64,000 bases of DNA from Candidatus Omnitrophota bacterium (GTDB lineage Bacteria > Ratteibacteria > UBA8468 > MWAK01), in NCBI GenBank assembly GCA_043826355.1, contig JBDRQI010000001.1, positions 69,993 through 133,992 on the forward strand. The letters are read 5' to 3'. Both the position numbers and the translations under genes were made by a program. The notes under the pieces are model-generated. The model was given only the letters and a program-made list of their open reading frames with translations. It did no database searches and had not been told where the DNA came from. How positions within the stretch are numbered: the stretch's first letter is position 1; each line of letters opens with the position of its first letter. This document shows positions 18,477 to 28,178 of the stretch, piece by piece.

Positions 18477-19340
18477 TCATTCCGAAGTAAAAGAGACCAG
18501 CCAGAACGGGTCAACCGCGCTTCCCTGCAGGTAAACGGCGAAATGAAGGTGCGGTCCGGATGACCAGCCGGTACTGCCCACTTCCCCGATAACTTCATTC
18601 CGGGAGACCGTATCCCCGGCCTCCTTAAGGATTTTAGAAAGATGGAAGTAGCAACTGACCACTCCCTGCCCGTGGTTAATAATCAGAAGGTTACCATAGA
18701 CATTAAAATCACTTTCGCTCAGGATGACCTTTCCCGAATTAGCGGCCTTAACCGGCGTACCTTCCGGCGCGGAAAAGTCCACCCCCCAGTGGTAGTAACT
18801 GTAGGTCCCCAGGTCACGCCTGAGGCCGAACTCGGTGCTGATTTTACCCTGGACCGGGATGGCAAACGGCTGGTCCCAATACTTTTCCGGTTCCACGTTT
18901 CTGATGGCTTTCAGAACTTTCTTTTGCTGTTCGGGGATGGAAGGCTGGTTACTCCTCATCTCCCGGCTGGCTTTTCCCAGGCGTATCGTTCTTATCTCTC
19001 TGGGGGTCACCTCCAGGGGAAATGAATATTCTTCCACCGGCCCGTCCGGAGAAACCTTTTCCAGAATCAGTTCCCTCTCTCCGGCGGTTTTAATTCCCAG
19101 GGGCAGAAAGATTTCCCAAACGCCTCTTGAAACCGGAAAAGGCGTATACCTTTTACCTTCAAAACGAACCCGGCAGTCGCCCGCCGAACGCCCTTCAATT
19201 TGGAGTAAAAAACCTTCTCCAGCGGTTAATTTTTCCGGCGATGTCTGGAAGGTGAATGCCTGCAGTTGCGCGGCGGTTAATGAGCATCCCAGGAAGAGGA
19301 TAAGCGCGAAAAGGCGCCGGCTGAATAACCGGGAATTCAT
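18477..19340 (-). CDS. M23 family metallopeptidase
   Basis: HWGVD and GPHLHF motifs; start at 19340 (MNSRLF...) gives a signal peptide and an ATGA overlap with the upstream gene. Confidence 0.9.
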   Translation of the reverse strand: MNSRLFSRRLFALILFLGCSLTAAQLQAFTFQTSPEKLTAGEGFLLQIEGRSAGDCRVRFEGKRYTPFPVSRGVWEIFLPLGIKTAGERELILEKVSPDGPVEEYSFPLEVTPREIRTIRLGKASREMRSNQPSIPEQQKKVLKAIRNVEPEKYWDQPFAIPVQGKISTEFGLRRDLGTYSYYHWGVDFSAPEGTPVKAANSGKVILSESDFNVYGNLLIINHGQGVVSCYFHLSKILKEAGDTVSRNEVIGEVGSTGWSSGPHLHFAVYLQGSAVDPFWLVSFTSE

Positions 19341-19846
19341 ATGGTTGGGCGGTTTGCCTGGTCTATCTGGGCGGAGAGGCGGTTTTTGACCATTTGCGGC
19401 CGGAAGATGTCTTTCCAGATGCAGGCCGTATCTTCGGTGCCGGCGGTTGTGATGAAGATGTCGCCGCAGCCGGTCAACCGCTGGCTGATGCCGATGGTGA
19501 TCCGGATGTCCTGAATCCGGGAGAGCGGGGTTTCGTAAATGTCTTTGGCGATTATGCCCCGGTGTTTGAAAAGGCGGCGGTTGGTGAAACCGTAGACCGT
19601 TTTTTGCCAGCGCAGGAAGTGAATTAAGAAGAAGATAACTGCGGCGGATATCAAGACCGCTCCGGCCCATTTTACGGGAGTGCTGGTTAAGATTGCTATG
19701 CCGCCGGCCAGCAGGATGAGGCTGACGGTAACCGGCCGGAAGAAAAAATAGAACTTCTGGGGCCGGCCGGCGAAGATAATCCGCTCGCCGGCTTCAAGCA
19801 TCCCGGCCGGGACTATGCCCGAATAATCGCTGGTCTTTTCATCCAT
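19337..19846 (-). CDS. Membrane protein with bacterial PH (bPH_2) domain
   Basis: Two TM segments, YGFTNRR, IQDI, GCGDIFI. Confidence 0.8.
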   Translation of the reverse strand: MDEKTSDYSGIVPAGMLEAGERIIFAGRPQKFYFFFRPVTVSLILLAGGIAILTSTPVKWAGAVLISAAVIFFLIHFLRWQKTVYGFTNRRLFKHRGIIAKDIYETPLSRIQDIRITIGISQRLTGCGDIFITTAGTEDTACIWKDIFRPQMVKNRLSAQIDQANRPTI

Positions 19847-19939
19847 ACGGTTTGATGCCGCAAGGTTTATTGCCTGGAAAATTATAGCACAGCATAAGGA
19901 AAAATACTATCAAAGTATTCTTTTAAATTCATCGGAACA

Positions 19940-20005
19940 GTGAAGAATCCCGCCCACAGGGCGGGGCTTCTGAGCGGGTATCCGCAGCTAAAGCCTGCGG
20001 CTTCA
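19940..20005. repeat. GC-rich palindromic element, copy 1
   Basis: GTGAAGAATCCCGCCCACAGGGCGGGGCTTCTG; near-identical inverted copy at 60791-60824. Confidence 0.7.
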
Positions 20006-20165
20006 CTAATTTATCCTGACGTATCGATAAACTCCAAATTTTCCTCCGTGAAAAATTTCAGACGCGTCCTGACCTTGACCGGATTCCGGCCGGATGGTAA
20101 TATCTTTAGGCGGAGGCATCAATTCCGGCTGCCGGCGTTCAATTTTTTATAAACAGGGATTCTGG

Positions 20166-20582
20166 ATGGAAAACCCGCGCCAAAGACGACCACTTACCCA
20201 TTTTATCGTAATAATTGCTATCCTGGTCTTGTTATACCTTCTCAACAACCTGGGTTCTCGTAAGAGCGCGGAAGAACAGGTCTCGGAACTGGTTTCCCAG
20301 CACAAGGGAGCCATCGTGTTCCTGGAAAGCGGTACGGAAGCGGACAGGCCTTTCCGGGAGGCGCTGAAAGAGATACGGGCAGAGTTGAAAGGCAGCGCTG
20401 GAATGGTAGTTGTAAAGAAAGAAAAGAAGGAAGGTTCCCGTCCGCCCCTTGCACCCGCCGATTCATTGCCCGCTTTGATTATTATCGATTCCCACGGAAA
20501 CGAAGTGCGCCGTTTCGTCAGTTCGCTTGACCGCAAGGTTCTGGATGAACTGGTCCGCGAACTTGCAACCCACCATCACTGA
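20166..20582 (+). CDS. Membrane-anchored hypothetical protein, possibly thioredoxin-like without CxxC
   Basis: N-terminal TM; LPALIIIDSHGNEVRRF resembles the Trx cis-Pro region. Confidence 0.6.
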   Translation: MENPRQRRPLTHFIVIIAILVLLYLLNNLGSRKSAEEQVSELVSQHKGAIVFLESGTEADRPFREALKEIRAELKGSAGMVVVKKEKKEGSRPPLAPADSLPALIIIDSHGNEVRRFVSSLDRKVLDELVRELATHHH

Positions 20583-20610
20583 AGCAGATATCGGTGTTTA
20601 AAGGAGCGCT

Positions 20611-21123
20611 ATGAACGTATATGAAGCGATAAGTGCGCGCCGGAGCGTCCGCTCCTACCGGGACAAACCGGTGCCGCCGGAGGTCTTAACCCGCATCCTG
20701 GAGGCCGCCCGGATGGCCCCTTCGGGCGGCAACCGGCAACCCTGGAAGTTTGTAGTCGTTGCGGACGTTGCGGCCCGGAAGAGATTGGCCGAGGCGGCCG
20801 GTAACCAAAATTTTGTGGCCGATGCCCCGGTAGTCATCGCCGCAGTCGGGCTTGACCCCGGCCGGGTAATGTCCTGCGGCATCCCCGCCGACCCGGTGGA
20901 CGTTGCCATAGCCATAGACCACATAACGCTCGCCGCCGCAGAGGAGGGGCTGGGAACCTGCTGGATTGGGGCTTTTTCTCAGGAGAAGGTCTGCCAGGTT
21001 CTGCAAATCCCCGCCTCCTTTAAAGTGATTGAACTTCTTGTCCTCGGATACCCGGCCGATTCGCCCCGGCCCAAGTTGCGGAAACCCCTGGCGGAAATCG
21101 TCTGCTATAATAAGTTTTCGTGA
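20611..21123 (+). CDS. Nitroreductase family protein
   Basis: RRSVRSY, APSGGNRQPW, GLGTCWIG. Confidence 0.93.
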   Translation: MNVYEAISARRSVRSYRDKPVPPEVLTRILEAARMAPSGGNRQPWKFVVVADVAARKRLAEAAGNQNFVADAPVVIAAVGLDPGRVMSCGIPADPVDVAIAIDHITLAAAEEGLGTCWIGAFSQEKVCQVLQIPASFKVIELLVLGYPADSPRPKLRKPLAEIVCYNKFS

Positions 21124-21433
21124 AGTTCGGAATCAATAATCCGGGAGGGGGCGATGGTTAAAGTATCAAGGGCGATAAAATGATAATTTTTCTCGGTATC
21201 CTCTGTTTTTTTACCAGAAGTTCCGCGGCCATTAGGGTAGGGGGCTAATTGTGAAAAAGTTGATTTTTTTTGGTGTTCTTTATCTTCATAATATTCGCAA
21301 TTATTGCAATCATTGCCGGCCGGAATGATGATATTTCTGGAACACAACAAAAAAATAAAGGAACTCATACACCTGGAAGTTCCTTTGTATGAAGAAGCAG
21401 GTTAACCGGCTGTAATATATTTGGGAGGGGAAG

Positions 21434-21775
21434 ATGAATTGGTATCTGGAAGTGTTGAAGAAGTACGCTGTTTTCAGCGGACGGGCGCGCCGGAAAGAAT
21501 ACTGGATGTTTGCCCTGTTCAACTTTATCGTTGTGTTTGTGCTGGAGTTAATCGGGGGAGGTCTTAAGTCGTCGATGGGTAGCTACAGCGTGCCTTCCCT
21601 TATCTACCAGCTGGCCGTTCTGCTTCCGAGCATCGCCGTAGGCGTCCGCCGGATGCACGATACCAATCACAACGGCTGGTGGATAATCTGCCCTATCGTC
21701 AACCTGGTCTTCGCGGTAATTGAAGGCACGAAGGGAGAAAACAGGTACGGGCCAGACCCCAAGGCCGTTTCTTAG
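21434..21775 (+). CDS. DUF805 (YhaH-like) inner membrane protein
   Basis: YAVFSGRARRKEYW, VRRMHD, NRYGPDP. Confidence 0.92.
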   Translation: MNWYLEVLKKYAVFSGRARRKEYWMFALFNFIVVFVLELIGGGLKSSMGSYSVPSLIYQLAVLLPSIAVGVRRMHDTNHNGWWIICPIVNLVFAVIEGTKGENRYGPDPKAVS

Positions 21776-21806
21776 GAAGATAACTTTTAAAAAGGGAGAT
21801 TTTGCG

Positions 21807-22457
21807 ATAAACAAAATATTAGCCGGAACTATAGTCATGATGTTGTTCCTTGCCGGTGCACTCTTACCCGCCGCCGAAGAAATGAAGCCAATTCAACTTC
21901 TGAAACCCCGGATGAGCGGCGGGAAGCCCCTCATGCAGGCTCTTAAGGAGCGGCAAACCTTGCGGAACATCAGCAGCAAAGAACTGCCCGCCCAGGTCTT
22001 CTCTAACCTTCTCTGGGCTGCTTTCGGCATCAACCGGCCCGAACTTGGAAAGCGCACCGCTCCTTCAGCGGTGAACCGTCAGGAGATAGACGTCTACGTC
22101 GCTACGCCAAAAGGAGTACATCTTTACAACGCGCCGAAAAATACGCTGGAACCCATTGTCGCCCACGACATCCGGCCGCTCTGCAAGATGCAGCCCGCAG
22201 CGCTGGCCGCCCCGGTTCTCCTTCTTTACGTAGCTGATTACCTGAAAATGGGCGGAGCGCCGAAGGAGATGAATGAGTTTTATGCTGTGGCGGACACCGG
22301 ATTCATCAGCCAGAACGTCTACCTCTTCTGTGCATCAGAAGGCCTGGCGACGGTGGTTATGGGCGCCATTAACCGGGAACGTCTTTCCAAAGAGATGAAC
22401 TTGCGTCCCGAACAGAAAGTCATCCTGGTACAACCGGTCGGTTATCCGAAGCGTTGA
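21807..22457 (+). CDS. Secreted SagB/ThcOx-type nitroreductase; start is ATA 21807 or ATG 21837
   Basis: LLWAAFGINR, RTAPSA, DTGFISQNVYL, QPVGYP. Confidence 0.85.
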   Translation: MNKILAGTIVMMLFLAGALLPAAEEMKPIQLLKPRMSGGKPLMQALKERQTLRNISSKELPAQVFSNLLWAAFGINRPELGKRTAPSAVNRQEIDVYVATPKGVHLYNAPKNTLEPIVAHDIRPLCKMQPAALAAPVLLLYVADYLKMGGAPKEMNEFYAVADTGFISQNVYLFCASEGLATVVMGAINRERLSKEMNLRPEQKVILVQPVGYPKR

Positions 22458-22459
22458 AG

Positions 22460-22748
22460 CTAAAACGTCTGAGTTTTTTCTGAAAGACTTTGAATTTTTC
22501 CATTTCACCCTCTTTTTCAGACCACATTCTTTATCTTGGTCAGGTTTGCCTTTCTTTCCTGGTCTTGTTCTTCCTTCAAGGTAACCGACCACTATTCCGC
22601 CGTCTTCCAAGCGCTTAAGTTGTTGCTGGATACCGTTAACGGAAATACCGAAGGTCCTGAATGCTTCTTTAGGATACCCTTGTCCATAGTTTTCCACGAA
22701 TAATGGTGTTTTTTCTATCGTGCTATTACCCGGCAGGGGTTCCAACAT
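22460..22748 (-). pseudogene. Deleted remnant of a wHTH regulator plus the tail of a partner gene
   Basis: MLE..GN.TIEK..L..ENYGQGY...QQQLKRLEDGG..GRTR joined directly to PGKKGKP; a separate frame gives WSEKEGEMEKFKVF. Confidence 0.55.
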
Positions 22749-22757
22749 AATGACCTC

Positions 22758-22782
22758 CTGTTACCATGATTCATGGTAACAG
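22758..22782. promoter_or_regulatory. Perfect 12-1-12 palindrome, probable operator
   Basis: CTGTTACCATGA-T-TCATGGTAACAG abutting the GGAGG SD of the wHTH remnant. Confidence 0.65.
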
Positions 22783-23264
22783 TCAATTTCGGAGATTCTG
22801 TTTTCGGCGAGTCATTAAACCGATGGTCCGTTGTGTACGTCTTCAGCAATCAGGGGAGACAGGAGCAAACCCGCATTCTCCATATGAAGATAGAAATTTC
22901 TATGGACAAAATGACCTTTTATCGTCTATGATATAGATAAAAATAGATGGCAGAGGCGACGAACAATGAACGGGCCTGGAAAGGCATTATGAAAAAGATA
23001 GGCGGACTTTGTTCGGCGCCCGGATGACAGAATAAGTTCTTCAGAAACATCAGCGCTGATTTAAGAATCAACGCGTCAAGGGCGCATTTACAAATCAGCC
23101 CTCGGTTGCGGTGACTTGACCTGAAAACAGAGTTTCAGGGTGCTTAGGAATAAAAATTTGGAGCTTTTTAATTTACAGATAGATACATCGTGGTAAAATA
23201 TGATGAACAAGGCAGACTATCAGGCTGAAATATTTATTTTTGATGGGCAAACGGAGGATGTCAA

Positions 23265-26078
23265 TTGAAGAAACTTAAAATGAACGGGCGGCAAAAAAAC
23301 AAAAAGACAAACGACGGACAACGCAAAAAGATTGTTTTTTCGGAACTTCAATCCCATTTTGATGAGCCGGAAATAAAGTATGCACCCTTTGAATGGCTCA
23401 CGAACTGGGAAAAAATGACAAAAAACGACTCTGAAACTTTGAATTTACTGGTGTCTGAATCTATTAATCAGCGAGCTAATCCCGGTTATGTTTTTATTTG
23501 TTTAAAGGAACGGGACCGGAAATCTTTTCTTTCACCGGAATATCTTGATATCTTCGGCGATGCTTTGAAAATAGCGGAAGATAACGGCGTCGCTCTCAGT
23601 TATTGCGATGAATGGACCTGGCCCAGCGGTCAGGCCGGCGGGAATTTGCTCGAAAAACATCCCGAATTACGGGCGGAAACACTGTATTATGAAATCAGAG
23701 AGGTTTTGGGCGGTCAAACGATTCATCTTGACGAGTCATTTTTTACTGTGGCCGCTCGCTGCGAAGGCGGGTCGTGGAAAAATTCCGCGAAAATAATAAG
23801 CTCGACGCTTGATGTTATCAGTCAGGGGCCGGAACGGGACTGGGATGTCCCACCCCCACCGAGTGGTTATTGGCGAATATATCGATTTGTAAAACGGTTG
23901 AGAAACATGCCGGAAGTATGGGGGCGATGTAACGTTAATTATCTGGATAGACGCTTACCCGGGCATTTTATTGAACTTGCTCACCAACCGTATGAAGAAC
24001 GCTTCGGAGAATATTTCGGAAAAACCATCCCCGGTTTCTTCATGGACCATGAAGGCGCTTACGGCAGGAAACTTGCCTGGTCGGATGATTTTGAAAATGA
24101 ATACCGGCAGAAAAAAGGACGCGATATTCGCTTGTGGATGCCCTTGATGATTCATAAAGATAGCGAGGGCAAATGGGCGAAAGCCCGATGGGACTGGTAT
24201 GATGTGGTTTCGGACCTTTATGCGGACAATCTCTTAAAAAAGGTAAGTGAATGGGCTGCCGAAAGAGGGATGTATCATACGATACACTGCTGGGAAGAAA
24301 ATCTGATAATACAGGCAATTTATGCCGGAAGTATTTTTAAGGCAATGCGCGCGGTTAGCTTACCGGGAGTCGATTGTTTGGGAGACCTCGGTTTATGGGT
24401 GCGCCTTTTCAAAGAGACTCAATCCGTCACTGAATTTGAAGGGCGCCGCTTTATGAGCGAGTGTTTCGGCGCGAAAGGATGGAATCTTTCGCCTGTTCTT
24501 ATGAAGAAAGTGGCCAATTCAATGACCACGTGGGGCGTCAGCCATGTTATCCCGGCCGCCGTTGCTATAAACCGGGATTTAAGAAAAGTGATTTATCCCC
24601 ACGAACTGTATGGCATGCCGTATTGGCGCCATTTACATAAATGGAACGACTTTGTGCGAAGAACATCCTATGTTAACTCACACGGACATATGGTACCTGA
24701 CGCATTGATAGTCTATCCGATTGACAGTGTTTGGGCCGCCATCGGAGGCAACATTTTCGACGCAAATGTTGAAAACTTGATTTACGAAATTGATACAATA
24801 ACCGACGGTTGGATGGAGCCTAAAGCATTGGTGAAACAAGAGGCGGGCAAACAAACGGACAATGCCGAATATATCGACCGTGTCGAGGAAATTTATACCG
24901 GGATCATTAAAGACCTGGATGCGTTGCGTGTGGAGTTTCTAATTGCTGATTCAGAATATATCCAGGCGATGGACGTTAGTTCTGAAGGCAGGCTGACCAA
25001 AGGAGATTTTAATTTCAAAGCGGTTATTTTGCCGCCGCTGCTCATTCTTCCGTTCAAAATCATGGAGAAGATACTCTCTTTCGCTCAAAAAGGCGGTGAG
25101 GTGTATTTTGTGGGTGAACCGCCTACCGGTTCGACTGAGCATGGACTGCCTGATTCAAGAATGAAAGAGATTGCCGATAAGCTGGCCTCGCTTCCCACCG
25201 TATATCAGGTTGAAAAATCCATCTATCCCTATTGCCGAAAGGGTTCGGGACTGGAGCCGAAAGTTGAATTTTTACACGGTGATTTCCCCCTTTTAGAACA
25301 GCACCGGCGTATTGACGGCAAAGATTTCTATTGGCTGGCAAACAATACGGGTCAAAAACGGGTTTCTCAAATTAAATTCCGGGGAGCCAAAGGCCGGGCT
25401 TCAATCTGGAACTGCGAAACCGGGAAGATAACGCCGGTAGCATCGATCGAAGAAGACGGCGGCAGTGTTTTGTCCCTGGTCTTTGAACCATATGAAGGAT
25501 ATTGGCTGGTCTTTGACGATAGCGCAAGAGCGGTTGCCAATACGCCAAGAAGGGAAAAGGATAAGAATAAGAATTATTGCATTGCCGAAGTTGATCCCAC
25601 GTGGAAAATCTACATCAATACGAATGATCAACCTCCCGCGCCTTATCCTGATTTTATCCCGGCAATTCCGGAAAAACTGCTCATGGAAAATGGCGGCATC
25701 AAGGATAGGTTAAAATTGTGGTCCGAGTGGGACTTAACAAAATTTAGCGGATTCGTAACCTATGAAAATCACTTTTTGCTGCCTGAAAAATACAGTTCGC
25801 TTATGCTGTCTCTCGGAAAATTAAGTCACTTCGTGGAAGTGTGGCTCAACGACCGTTTCGTTGATTCGCGTCTGTGGCCTGCTTATGAGTTTGATATTTC
25901 TGCCTTTACGGTGAAAGGGAAAAACAAATTGAAAATTGTTATTGGCAACCTGCTTTGCAACGTACGTCCATCTCCCGGCGGCCTTTTCCAACATAAAGAG
26001 AAAGCGGAAGATTTTAATGCCGGGTTAATCGGGCCGGTAAGAATTATGTCGGAGAGCGGAAAAAATAATACATTGTAA
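23265..26078 (+). CDS. Large glycoside hydrolase, GH106-like
   Basis: DEWTWPSGQAGG, FFMDHE, PGVDCL, SECFG, WNCETG, C-terminal GLIGPV. Confidence 0.75.
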   Translation: MKKLKMNGRQKNKKTNDGQRKKIVFSELQSHFDEPEIKYAPFEWLTNWEKMTKNDSETLNLLVSESINQRANPGYVFICLKERDRKSFLSPEYLDIFGDALKIAEDNGVALSYCDEWTWPSGQAGGNLLEKHPELRAETLYYEIREVLGGQTIHLDESFFTVAARCEGGSWKNSAKIISSTLDVISQGPERDWDVPPPPSGYWRIYRFVKRLRNMPEVWGRCNVNYLDRRLPGHFIELAHQPYEERFGEYFGKTIPGFFMDHEGAYGRKLAWSDDFENEYRQKKGRDIRLWMPLMIHKDSEGKWAKARWDWYDVVSDLYADNLLKKVSEWAAERGMYHTIHCWEENLIIQAIYAGSIFKAMRAVSLPGVDCLGDLGLWVRLFKETQSVTEFEGRRFMSECFGAKGWNLSPVLMKKVANSMTTWGVSHVIPAAVAINRDLRKVIYPHELYGMPYWRHLHKWNDFVRRTSYVNSHGHMVPDALIVYPIDSVWAAIGGNIFDANVENLIYEIDTITDGWMEPKALVKQEAGKQTDNAEYIDRVEEIYTGIIKDLDALRVEFLIADSEYIQAMDVSSEGRLTKGDFNFKAVILPPLLILPFKIMEKILSFAQKGGEVYFVGEPPTGSTEHGLPDSRMKEIADKLASLPTVYQVEKSIYPYCRKGSGLEPKVEFLHGDFPLLEQHRRIDGKDFYWLANNTGQKRVSQIKFRGAKGRASIWNCETGKITPVASIEEDGGSVLSLVFEPYEGYWLVFDDSARAVANTPRREKDKNKNYCIAEVDPTWKIYINTNDQPPAPYPDFIPAIPEKLLMENGGIKDRLKLWSEWDLTKFSGFVTYENHFLLPEKYSSLMLSLGKLSHFVEVWLNDRFVDSRLWPAYEFDISAFTVKGKNKLKIVIGNLLCNVRPSPGGLFQHKEKAEDFNAGLIGPVRIMSESGKNNTL

Positions 26079-26133
26079 ATTTTCCTTTCAAGAAAAATCT
26101 CATATTTTCCGTAAATTGGGCAGCGTAAAAAAA

Positions 26134-27126
26134 TTACAGCGAGAGGTTGAGGCGGGCGGCCAGGGACTGGGGCGCGGGGGAGACGATGATTTTTTTGACT
26201 GGTTTGGTCCGGCCATACTCGACCGTGACCCGTTTGGCTTGGCTGTCGGAGTACCGGGCGGTGAGCCGGGCGGTCAGGCGGATGGCGGTTTTGGTTTTGG
26301 GCCCCTGCAGGATGGTGACGGGGCTTTCAATGATGGGCACCCTAAAAATATAATCCTCTTTCGGCTTTAGCTTCCGCAGGGCTTCGTTTTCCCCCTGGTT
26401 TCTCCCGACGATAATCCTGTTTTGGTGGTATCGGAAATGGCGGCCGAGTTTGAGCAGTTTGATGTCGTTCCAGGTGATATCTTTCTTACGCCGGAAAAGG
26501 TCTTTCAGTTTTTTGGCAAATCCTTCCATAGTCAGAAGGCAGCCGCCGGCAGCGCAGGCATAGTCGTCGGCGGAGAATTCGCCGGAGATTGCCAACTGGG
26601 GTTTTCGGCTCCGGCCCTGGATTGCCAGCAGTTTCCCGCGGTCCACCCAGCCCTTCTTTTCCGGTTCGGTCTCAGTCAGGAGTCTTGCGGAAAGAGGCCG
26701 CAGTATCCTGCCAACCAGGTTGGTCTCTTTTTCGATAATCCTTAACGCCTGCAGGTGCTGGGACATCGGACGCTGGCCAAGGACTTCGCCGGTCACGAGG
26801 AATTTGACGCCCATTTTTTTGCCTGTTTTCCAGGCCTTGCGGAACATAAAGGCGTGGCAGTCGATGCAGGGGTTAATAGCGGATCCGTAGCCGTGTTCGG
26901 GGTTTCGGAGCATCTTGAGGTAATCATTACGGAGGGGTATTTTTTTGAAGGGGATGCCAAGTTTTTCCGCAATTCGGGCCGGGTATTTTTCCCCGTCGTC
27001 CCAGAAGGGGGAAGCAAAGTGAACGGCGGTCAGGACGATGCCCTGGTTCCTGACCAGTTTCGCGGCCAGGGCGGAGTCCAGACCGCCGGAGACCAGGGCC
27101 AGGGCCAGAATTTTTTTAGGAGGCAT
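26134..27126 (-). CDS. PP-loop tRNA thiolation enzyme (ThiI/MnmA-like)
   Basis: SGGLDS, NPCIDC, GEVLGQRPMSQ, GGCLLT, GRHFR. Confidence 0.85.
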   Translation of the reverse strand: MPPKKILALALVSGGLDSALAAKLVRNQGIVLTAVHFASPFWDDGEKYPARIAEKLGIPFKKIPLRNDYLKMLRNPEHGYGSAINPCIDCHAFMFRKAWKTGKKMGVKFLVTGEVLGQRPMSQHLQALRIIEKETNLVGRILRPLSARLLTETEPEKKGWVDRGKLLAIQGRSRKPQLAISGEFSADDYACAAGGCLLTMEGFAKKLKDLFRRKKDITWNDIKLLKLGRHFRYHQNRIIVGRNQGENEALRKLKPKEDYIFRVPIIESPVTILQGPKTKTAIRLTARLTARYSDSQAKRVTVEYGRTKPVKKIIVSPAPQSLAARLNLSL

Positions 27127-27178
27127 AGGAGTTTATGGCGAATACGAGATTTTTCGCTGCGTTCAGAACGACAATAAG

Positions 27179-28111
<933 letters not shown>

Positions 28112-28178
28112 TGTCTCCTCCGGTTAGTGGGAAGGGACATAGCCCCTCCCCTGCAAAAGCGCTGAGTAATTTCGGCAA

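Noticed and set aside
18477..19670. 397-aa version of the M23 ORF
   Set aside because: The first 110 codons overlap the bPH_2 gene out of frame; the start at 19340 gives a signal peptide.
22800..23260. Long intergenic region as an ncRNA
   Set aside because: Only short hairpins and promoter-like motifs; no recognisable family.
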